Virus record (IMG/VR): IMGVR_UViG_3300012232_000049
Coordinates: 1 to 24,692 of that record
Direction: 5' to 3' (one strand)
Length of the DNA stretch: 24,692 nt
From: a virus
Taxonomy: Duplodnaviria; Caudoviricetes
The translations under genes were made by a program, and so were the position numbers. This document shows positions 17,749 through 23,982 of this stretch, one piece after another; the first letter of the stretch is position 1, and every line of letters starts with the position of its first letter. The notes beneath the pieces were generated by a model. It was not told the origin of the DNA and did no database searches. It worked only from the letters and a program-made list of their open reading frames with translations.

Positions 17749-18294
17749 TTACAGCGAACCGGTATCTCCTGTGACAGCGAGGGTCACACCATCCGCAGAC
17801 AGTGCCGAGGAGTTAGTAGCAGTCCGCTTGACCCACACAGCGCGACACTGCGCAATAGGCAGGTTAGATAAAGCCAGCCCAGTACCAGCAGTCGTCGGAG
17901 CCGAGAAGGCACCAACGCCAGAAGGCGCGGTCGTCTCCGAAGCAATCTGCGCAGCCTGGGCTGACGCTGAACCGATTGCACTGGCAGCAATATTGTCAAT
18001 CGCAATCGTAATATTCGCCCCGCCCGCAGTCTCAGCGGAAAGGTAAACGGTGGGGTTCTCGTATGTATTAGCGCCGTTGTTATTATGAATGAACACGCAA
18101 CGATAGTCAACAACGCTCGCAGCATTCTCAGCACCACTGATATTGTCGAACAGGTCATTAAGCGAGCCACCGGCCCACGCTGTAGTCGAAATCTGGTCAC
18201 CCAGGGAGGTAGCAGCTGCTGACCCCGTCGAGTTGCCAGTCGCGGCCACAACGGAATACTTCCACAGGATGTCACCTGCTACGATGGCGGCCAT
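17749..18294 (-). CDS. Virion structural protein, putative fibre subunit (181 aa)
   Basis: Ala/Ser/Thr-rich; 'SLG..IS...LFDNISGAE...DYRCVFIHN' and 'AVWVKRT' patterns recalled from phage structural proteins. Confidence 0.6.
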   Translation of the reverse strand: MAAIVAGDILWKYSVVAATGNSTGSAAATSLGDQISTTAWAGGSLNDLFDNISGAENAASVVDYRCVFIHNNNGANTYENPTVYLSAETAGGANITIAIDNIAASAIGSASAQAAQIASETTAPSGVGAFSAPTTAGTGLALSNLPIAQCRAVWVKRTATNSSALSADGVTLAVTGDTGSL

Positions 18295-18527
18295 TACTTG
18301 TCATCCCCTTCAGCGGTAGTGCTTACACCAAATCCGACACTCTCTTGGAAAGCTACAAGCTCAGTCATAGGTTCGCCGGTCTCATGCTCTGCCAGGTGCT
18401 CAGCGCCTCGAGCCTCCGCTTGTGCCTCGGTCTCCCAACCCTGTGAAAGGAAGGGGGCGCATGTTCCTGCTGGGAAGTCACACAGGAAGTCATACTTGCC
18501 TGTGTCATCGTTCTTGAATACAGCCAT
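18294..18527 (-). CDS. Small hypothetical protein with C-x6-C...H-x3-H (possible Zn site)
   Basis: AGAAGGAG RBS supports ATG 18527; first gene of the late arm; stop overlaps the next start. Confidence 0.7.
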   Translation of the reverse strand: MAVFKNDDTGKYDFLCDFPAGTCAPFLSQGWETEAQAEARGAEHLAEHETGEPMTELVAFQESVGFGVSTTAEGDDK

Positions 18528-18602
18528 TGCCACTCCTTCTAGATTGGTCATGTTGGGTGGTGGAGCTCAAGTTCAAAGTAAATCATAGAGGCCCTTATGG
18601 TT

Positions 18603-18654
18603 ATTATAATGGTGTTGGGTAAGGGGACGCCGACAGGGAAGATATAACAGTAAC
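18603..18654 (-). promoter_or_regulatory. Putative late promoter copy 3 (GTTACTGTTATATCT box, 31 bp, TATAAT)
   Basis: Heads the whole minus-strand arm; same box and spacing. Confidence 0.65.
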
Positions 18655-18694
18655 ACATGAACCTTGGCATATTTTCAGTATACCCCAGGGCCGG

Positions 18695-18722
18695 TTAAAA
18701 ATTTTTTTCGTTCTACTATAAT
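18695..18722 (+). promoter_or_regulatory. Putative early promoter (TATAAT at 18717-18722, AT tract upstream)
   Basis: Perfect -10 but weak -35; followed by a 5' hairpin AGTGCGAGCG-AGAAG-CGCTCGTACT. Confidence 0.5.
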
Positions 18723-18774
18723 ATAGTTATAAGTGCGAGCGAGAAGCGCTCGTACTCTTGCGAGAGGTATGCTC

Positions 18775-19002
18775 ATGTTGGTTACTGGTTACGCCGCTGC
18801 GAAGATCGTGAATGCCGTCCTCACCGAGGCAGGCCTCCCTGCCATCCCACCCCAGATGGTGTACAACTACACCACCGCCCGGCTGCGGGCCGGGAAGGCA
18901 CCCCTCATCGCGTGCGATGCGGAGGGCCGGATTGACACGGAGGCCCTGGAGGCCTGGGTCACCAAGTACGTGGCCAAGAAGGTTGCCAACGCAACCAAGT
19001 AG
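18775..19002 (+). CDS. Xis/HTH-like small protein, paralog 1 (PQMVYNY)
   Basis: GAGAGG RBS supports ATG 18775; 42 of 75 residues identical to 19290-19541 by manual alignment. Confidence 0.75.
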   Translation: MLVTGYAAAKIVNAVLTEAGLPAIPPQMVYNYTTARLRAGKAPLIACDAEGRIDTEALEAWVTKYVAKKVANATK

Positions 19003-19004
19003 GG

Positions 19005-19040
19005 AGTAGGGGAGGGGCCCGTAAGGGCCCCCATCCTGCT
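19005..19040 (+). terminator. GC-rich hairpin GGGGCCC-GTAA-GGGCCCC after paralog 1
   Basis: 7-bp perfect stem with a GNRA loop plus an outer stem; no U-tract, as is common in actinobacterial terminators. Confidence 0.55.
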
Positions 19041-19193
19041 TAGGGTCCTGGAGCCCCGTAGCGCCAGGGTCCTAAGGAGGGTGTCTGCCCTCCGGAGAGA
19101 GGTCTACTATGTGGTCCCCAGTTAGTCATAGCGGTGGGGTCCTAGCTTATCGACCCCGACGGGGTCAATTCAAAATGCGAATGAATAACCATC

Positions 19194-19223
19194 TTGACAT
19201 GTACGAGAGGTACGCATTATAAT
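19194..19223 (+). promoter_or_regulatory. Consensus sigma70/SigA promoter TTGACA-N18-TATAAT
   Basis: Perfect hexamers upstream of paralog 2. Confidence 0.85.
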
Positions 19224-19289
19224 TAGAACATGCAAGAGAGAATCGCGTACGCAAACACGCGTACGTACTCATATCAGAAAGGTACTCAC

Positions 19290-19541
19290 ATGTCCGCAAT
19301 GTCACCGTACGCTGCAAGCAAGGTTGTAAACGTCGTACTCGAAGAGAACAGCATCGCACCGATTCCGCCACAGATGATGTACAACTACACAACGGCACGA
19401 GTTCGTGCGGGTAAGGTTCCGTTGATTCCGATCAATGCGGACAACAAGATCGAGTTGGCCGATCTCGAAGCATGGGTTACGAAGTACGTAACAAAGAAGC
19501 TTTCGAACATCGAAGCGAAGTTGGCCGAGAACACGAAGTAG
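19290..19541 (+). CDS. Xis/HTH-like small protein, paralog 2 (PQMMYNY)
   Basis: AGAAAGG RBS supports ATG 19290; clear paralog of 18775-19002. Confidence 0.78.
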   Translation: MSAMSPYAASKVVNVVLEENSIAPIPPQMMYNYTTARVRAGKVPLIPINADNKIELADLEAWVTKYVTKKLSNIEAKLAENTK

Positions 19542-19598
19542 TACGAAGACGGAGGGTCGGGTTAGAAGAAATTCTAACCCTTCCCCCTGTCTTCGTAC
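19541..19598 (+). other. Long interrupted intergenic hairpin A
   Basis: GTACGAAGAC/GTCTTCGTAC outer stem and GGGTTAGAA-GAAA-TTCTAACCC inner stem. Confidence 0.75.
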
Positions 19599-19625
19599 GG
19601 AAGATGGGTTCTTAAGGGAGGTACT

Positions 19626-19976
19626 ATGAAGAACCTTAAGGCGGTGTTCTCGCAAGCAATTGCGGACGTTGAAAACAGACGTCCTGCGGCCAAGCGGGCC
19701 CCGCATGTTCCGGAGTCCACAGGAGTCGCGGTAACGCGCAACGACCTCTTCAATGACCCGGACAAGCAGAATACAGCACCAGTGTCCAAGCGGCAGAACA
19801 AGAATAGAGGGCCTGCAAGGTCCAAGGCCAACTGGAATGCTCAAAGGTGGGTCCAAGCGGTCGGAGGTACAAGCGACACCATGAAGGCCATCTACGCGGA
19901 CGCCGATAAGGAACTCTGCGTAGTGGTTGATTCCCGAAGAGGATTCCGCCCTGATGGAACACCGTTTAGGTTCTAG
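19626..19976 (+). CDS. Hypothetical basic protein (116 aa)
   Basis: GGGAGG RBS; no recognised motif. Confidence 0.6.
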   Translation: MKNLKAVFSQAIADVENRRPAAKRAPHVPESTGVAVTRNDLFNDPDKQNTAPVSKRQNKNRGPARSKANWNAQRWVQAVGGTSDTMKAIYADADKELCVVVDSRRGFRPDGTPFRF

Positions 19977-20076
19977 AGTATAACAAGACCCTCAAATATG
20001 TAAGCATCAATGTCCCAGGACATTGTGGTCATTGATGATTGAGGTGTTGAGATAACAACTCGCGTTGTGTTCTTGT

Positions 20077-20140
20077 TATAACATGACGATACGTACTATA
20101 ACATTCTATATAACATATAACTATAACATAACTATATAAC
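20077..20140. repeat. AT-rich cluster of TATAAC repeats
   Basis: TATAAC at 20077, 20097, 20109, 20116, 20122 and 20135, plus CATAAC at 20127. Confidence 0.8.
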
Positions 20141-20229
20141 CACATAAATCTCAATCCAAAGGGACTAGTCAGTTTCGTGACCCCTACGGTAATCACCAGG
20201 TTATCTAAAAAGTGCCTAAGATATGGTAC

Positions 20230-20259
20230 TTGAAAAGTTCCAAAGGTTCGCGATATAAT
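20230..20259 (+). promoter_or_regulatory. Promoter TTGAAA-N18-TATAAT
   Basis: Near-consensus hexamers with the same 18-bp spacer as 19194 and 22512. Confidence 0.8.
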
Positions 20260-20301
20260 AGTTATAGCACGAAAAGAATCGCGTACACGAGAGGTTATAA
20301 C

Positions 20302-20490
20302 ATGAAGAAAGATTTGTCAGAACAATCGTTACGGGAACTACTTCTTACGTTCGAAACGATAACCGAATTGCTGTACGACCTAGAAGCGAACGATGCGGGT
20401 CACGAAACAGCAAAACTGTACCACGAAACAAAGGAACGTCTTAAGAACCTAGAATCAAATCAGTTCGAACAAATAATCAAAGGGTTCTAA
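20302..20490 (+). CDS. Hypothetical protein (62 aa)
   Basis: GAGAGG RBS supports ATG 20302 rather than the track's 20212, which lies upstream of the promoter. Confidence 0.7.
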   Translation: MKKDLSEQSLRELLLTFETITELLYDLEANDAGHETAKLYHETKERLKNLESNQFEQIIKGF

Positions 20491-20523
20491 ACACAACCAC
20501 AACAGTACACGAGAGGTACTATT

Positions 20524-20793
20524 ATGAACGTGAACGTGAACAAGGAGGGTAAGGCATCATTCCGTGACCTTACCCCAGAACAGGGACGTACAATATGGTT
20601 CGCTCTTGAGGCCTTGAAGGGTGCATATCAGGCCTCACTCATCGAGTACGCAGAATCGGTTGCGGGTCTACAGAACGAGGACGCCGTGTTCTTATATTCC
20701 GAACTCGCAGCCGTAACAGCATTGCAGTACGAAATGATGGACGACTACATGGAACCGACGCGTACAACAGTACGAGAGTGGTTCTACGTCTAA
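20524..20793 (+). CDS. Hypothetical protein (89 aa)
   Basis: GAGAGG RBS; operon context. Confidence 0.75.
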   Translation: MNVNVNKEGKASFRDLTPEQGRTIWFALEALKGAYQASLIEYAESVAGLQNEDAVFLYSELAAVTALQYEMMDDYMEPTRTTVREWFYV

Positions 20794-20818
20794 CACAACA
20801 CAACCCAGAGAGGTCACA

Positions 20819-21031
20819 ATGGGACAACAGATCGCGGTTACAATATATGTCGACATCGAACCACCCGAAGTGTGCGACATGCCACTAGATGAGTACGCAA
20901 GTACCATTTATGACATAGTGGCACAGTCACCCGATGCACCAGTACTGCTAGGCCCAATGATATGGGTTGAGGTTGCAGAAGAGGACCAAGTGTCACTAGT
21001 AGTGGACAACCGAATACATCGTACTAAGTAG
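20819..21031 (+). CDS. Hypothetical acidic protein (70 aa)
   Basis: GAGAGG RBS; operon context. Confidence 0.7.
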   Translation: MGQQIAVTIYVDIEPPEVCDMPLDEYASTIYDIVAQSPDAPVLLGPMIWVEVAEEDQVSLVVDNRIHRTK

Positions 21032-21080
21032 TACTTGTCAGTACATCCTAACGCGGATGTACTGGCACTGCATTACTTAG
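21024..21080 (+). other. Long interrupted intergenic hairpin B
   Basis: CTAAGTAGT/ATTACTTAG outer stem and TGTCAGTACATCC-TAACGC-GGATGTACTGGCA inner stem. Confidence 0.75.
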
Positions 21081-21105
21081 CACAACTACAACCTAAGGAG
21101 AACCG

Positions 21106-21486
21106 ATGTTCAGTTCAATGGACGTCGAGTGGGACGAAAGGACCGAACTCAGCGAGTGGGAATGCCACTTGAAGGGTGATGTTTGGTATATCGGTCTTAC
21201 CCGCTCGTACAGCGAAGTGAAAGATGTCATATGGGAGGCGTGGGTCTTCACCACGAACCCCGAAGATAAGTCCGAACCGTTCAAGATGGATATGGGGCCT
21301 GTGAACTCCAAGACCCCGATTGCGGTTGCACAGCACTACATTGAGTACATGTTGCGTAAGATGTACTGCGAGAGGTTCGTAAAGGGACTTACGCCTGAAG
21401 AGGTCGATATGTTCGTCAACGTGGTCGATATGATTGTGGATCGTGACTTCAACCTACACACCACTGATAGTACAACAACAGAATAA
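21106..21486 (+). CDS. Hypothetical protein (126 aa)
   Basis: TAAGGAG RBS. Confidence 0.75.
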   Translation: MFSSMDVEWDERTELSEWECHLKGDVWYIGLTRSYSEVKDVIWEAWVFTTNPEDKSEPFKMDMGPVNSKTPIAVAQHYIEYMLRKMYCERFVKGLTPEEVDMFVNVVDMIVDRDFNLHTTDSTTTE

Positions 21487-21506
21487 CAACCCTGAGAGAG
21501 GTTATC

Positions 21507-21749
21507 ATGACTACAACCGATACACCCAAATGTATGGACGACCGAGGTCACGGAACTTGCCTTGGTGAGGTTCAATACCATATGCAACCATACCCTAGCA
21601 CCAAGAGCTTCCCACGGTGCGAACGACATTGGGAAGATAGGTGCAAGTTGCAAGACCAGATCGACAAGCGGTACGCGCCGAACAGCGATGTGCCTCCAAT
21701 TGGATTTGACCCGACGTACGCAGGAGAGAGGTGGAGTGATGACTACTAA
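21507..21749 (+). CDS. Conserved actinophage-type small Cys/His protein
   Basis: 'C.G.V.Y...SFPRC..HW' and 'FDPTYAGERW..DY', a pattern I recall from actinophage hypothetical proteins. Confidence 0.75.
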   Translation: MTTTDTPKCMDDRGHGTCLGEVQYHMQPYPSTKSFPRCERHWEDRCKLQDQIDKRYAPNSDVPPIGFDPTYAGERWSDDY

Positions 21750-22026
21750 GCTAACCAAGCGTGGCAGAAATGTAGTTGTGGGCACTGTGGTGCTTCTAAC
21801 CGCTGGTGCCGCGATGTTTGTGCCGGTGCAAGCTGATAACGCAACCGTGCCAAGGGGCTGGGAACCCGTGAATTCATTCTTAGCGGACGCCCTTGCTGAA
21901 GGGGGAGCACCTGATGCCACGACCCGTAACTGGGAAGCATGCATGGTGAAGTACCGTAAGCTAAGTACGGCGATTAGGTGCCCTGATGGTTACAAAGAAA
22001 GGTGGAGTAACGAAGTAGGCCCGTAA
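21739..22026 (+). CDS. Secreted or membrane-anchored hypothetical protein (95 aa)
   Basis: Start reassigned to ATG 21739; basic n-region, hydrophobic h-region and 'VQA-D' signal-peptidase-like site; two Cys. Confidence 0.7.
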   Translation: MTTKLTKRGRNVVVGTVVLLTAGAAMFVPVQADNATVPRGWEPVNSFLADALAEGGAPDATTRNWEACMVKYRKLSTAIRCPDGYKERWSNEVGP

Positions 22027-22027
22027 A

Positions 22028-22094
22028 GGTCGAAACGTGCTAGGTGAAGTACAACCCTAGCACGTCCACGCATAACTTGCGTGCTGATGAGACC
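22028..22094 (+). ncRNA. Type II hammerhead ribozyme
   Basis: GGTC-GAAA-C-GTGCTAGG(loop)CCTAGCAC-GTC^-CACGCA(TAACT)TGCGTG-CTGATGA-GACC. All core nucleotides and three perfect stems are present. Confidence 0.93.
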
Positions 22095-22107
22095 AGAGAG
22101 GAACATC

Positions 22108-22491
22108 ATGTCACTAGATTATGACCTTACAGAAATTGAAGATTCCGCGAGTGTATGTTATGACCTCGTCGATGAGGCTAACGATACCTTTCAGATGAAG
22201 TCTGTGACTCAGAACATTATCTTCGCAACTATTCCAGTTGACATTGGACATATTACCGAAGATAACTACCTGGACTTCTGGTTGAGGTACAAGCTTTGGG
22301 CAGCTAGTTATGTGTCCGAGAAGTTCCACCTTGGGTTCACGCTTGAAGACATTCATAACCATATCGGACTCAAGACTAACGTAAGTACCATGACAAAACA
22401 TACTTGGCTAACCAAGAGGCTTTCGGAGTTCATGGATTTGCACAAGGCGGACTTTAATTACTCAGTTGCACAGGCCGCAAAAAAGAATTAA
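22108..22491 (+). CDS. Hypothetical protein (127 aa)
   Basis: AGAGAGGA RBS right after the ribozyme supports ATG 22108. Confidence 0.75.
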   Translation: MSLDYDLTEIEDSASVCYDLVDEANDTFQMKSVTQNIIFATIPVDIGHITEDNYLDFWLRYKLWAASYVSEKFHLGFTLEDIHNHIGLKTNVSTMTKHTWLTKRLSEFMDLHKADFNYSVAQAAKKN

Positions 22492-22511
22492 AAATTCCTA
22501 TAGAAGTGGCC

Positions 22512-22541
22512 TTGATTTGTGCTAGATGTACGCGCTATAAT
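22512..22541 (+). promoter_or_regulatory. Promoter TTGATT-N18-TATAAT
   Basis: Same architecture as 19194 and 20230; upstream of paralog 3 and the tRNA. Confidence 0.75.
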
Positions 22542-22579
22542 AGAAACAGAGGCAAGAGAGATGATTGCTTACCTCGTTC

Positions 22580-22605
22580 CAACCACAACCACAACCACAA
22601 CCACA
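22580..22605 (+). repeat. (CAACCA)x4 tandem repeat in the 5' UTR
   Basis: Directly abuts the AGAAGGAG RBS. Confidence 0.9.
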
Positions 22606-22618
22606 GAAGGAGCATAAC

Positions 22619-22963
22619 ATGTCTACCAAGACACTGTCCACGCTCGAAGCGTTGGCCACCGAGGCTGACGCCAAGACGCAGGCACGGTTTGCTGAGCAGT
22701 CCGCTCAGGGCGTTGTCAATCCGATCGTGCTGGCCAACCTCTTAGGAGTTCGGCCGCAGATGATTTACAACTACATTCGTAAGGGCAAGTTCAGCCAGGA
22801 AGAGGCGGCTTTTGGGGAGAACAACACCCAGAAGATCGTCATCCAGCTGAACGAGGCGAACGCATTCGCGTTGGCTTACACCGATCGTAAGGTCGCTCGC
22901 GAGACCGCTGCAGCCGAGAAGATTGCAGCGGAGCTGGCCGGCGAGACCGTCGAGTCGGAGTAA
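22619..22963 (+). CDS. HTH (Xis/MerR-like) protein, paralog 3 (RPQMIYNY)
   Basis: 'NPIVLANLLGVRPQMIYNYIRKGK' is a classic HTH pattern; AGAAGGAG RBS supports ATG 22619. Confidence 0.8.
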   Translation: MSTKTLSTLEALATEADAKTQARFAEQSAQGVVNPIVLANLLGVRPQMIYNYIRKGKFSQEEAAFGENNTQKIVIQLNEANAFALAYTDRKVARETAAAEKIAAELAGETVESE

Positions 22964-23039
22964 CACGAACGACCCACGGAGTCGAACTTAGCGGGTATAA
23001 GAACTAAGCGATGGGGTGCGTGACTCCAACCCATCGTCC

Positions 23040-23112
23040 GCGCTACTAGCCCAATGGCAGAGGCAGAGGACTTAAAATCCTTCCAGTGTGAGTTCGAATC
23101 TCACGTGGCGCA
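23040..23112 (+). tRNA. tRNA-Leu(UAA), short variable loop, CCA not encoded
   Basis: Acceptor GCGCTAC/GTGGCGC-A; D arm GCC..GGC; anticodon arm GAGGA-CTTAAAA-TCCTT; T arm GTGAG-TTCGAAT-CTCAC. Confidence 0.93.
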
Positions 23113-23142
23113 CGCAAGATCAAAACACAGAGGGGAACTACC

Positions 23143-23430
23143 ATGCCTCAAATATACCTAACAAATGATGAACATGAAGTAGTCCTGAAGTTACGGGAAG
23201 CGGAAGAGAAGCCTCTCGGGTACTGCGAGGATTATCCTTGCTGCGGTCATACGCCGGATGATCCATGCACCCGTCAATGGTACGATCATCCTGACGCTTT
23301 CGATGAGCGGGTGAACCCACATTGCTTCTGCGAACATGAATTTGGGTTCTGCAACGTAGCTGATCGGGCCGATGAGGACGATGAAGAAAATGAGTACGAT
23401 GCACTTCTAAACGAAACCACAGAAGGGTAG
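23143..23430 (+). CDS. Cys-rich acidic hypothetical protein (CEDYPCCGH motif)
   Basis: GAGGGG RBS; 7 Cys and several His, so possibly metal-binding. Confidence 0.75.
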   Translation: MPQIYLTNDEHEVVLKLREAEEKPLGYCEDYPCCGHTPDDPCTRQWYDHPDAFDERVNPHCFCEHEFGFCNVADRADEDDEENEYDALLNETTEG

Positions 23431-23434
23431 AATA

Positions 23435-23743
23435 ATGACATCACCGAACGCAGCATATCTTAGGGCAAGGATCAATTTGTTGTCCGAACAGTTGGAAAAG
23501 ATCGAACTTCGTCCGGAAGATAACTTCGAGGATGGTGCTATTATCACCTTCCAGAAGTGCTTCGGACGCCCGCGTGGCACTTATTACACTTATGCCGCCA
23601 TCAAGGCTAAGGGTCAATGGTATCTTTCCGGTAATCGATTGGCACATTCGGCCAATAGCTGGGATACTATCATGGACTTCGTCGAGATGAACGAAGATGT
23701 TCCGCCCACTATTCGATACATGACTCAGTGGGCTGAACTCTGA
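23435..23743 (+). CDS. Hypothetical protein (YTYAAIKA.G.WY motif)
   Basis: Operon context; the motif resembles actinophage hypothetical proteins. Confidence 0.75.
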   Translation: MTSPNAAYLRARINLLSEQLEKIELRPEDNFEDGAIITFQKCFGRPRGTYYTYAAIKAKGQWYLSGNRLAHSANSWDTIMDFVEMNEDVPPTIRYMTQWAEL

Positions 23744-23982
23744 TGGCTACAACAAATGTCTCTACTCGAGGCCCTGAACAAGGCACAATACTTTCAAATG
23801 GCGCAATCGTTATTGAGTACGACAGCGACCACCAGAAAGCGTTGTGTCTCTGGAAGAACAACCGCGATCCATATGTCATCTGGTCTATCGATCAGATGAC
23901 CGGTGAGCCGTATCGAGGACACTACTTTACAGACCTAGCTGTGGCCGTGGAAGCCTGGATGGGACGTAAAGGTCGTCGGTAG
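23743..23982 (+). CDS. Hypothetical protein (79 aa)
   Basis: TGATG overlap with the upstream gene. Confidence 0.7.
   Translation: MATTNVSTRGPEQGTILSNGAIVIEYDSDHQKALCLWKNNRDPYVIWSIDQMTGEPYRGHYFTDLAVAVEAWMGRKGRR

Noticed and set aside
20005-20045. Twister ribozyme suggested by GTCCCAG...GAGG
   Set aside because: Lacks the conserved loop-4 AAGC and the pseudoknot partners.
22081-22107. Longer upstream starts in the ORF track (18733, 19230, 20212, 21562, 22081, 22565, 6487, 18551)
   Set aside because: They lack RBSs or run through promoters, UTR repeats, neighbouring genes or the ribozyme; downstream ATGs have clear Shine-Dalgarno sequences.
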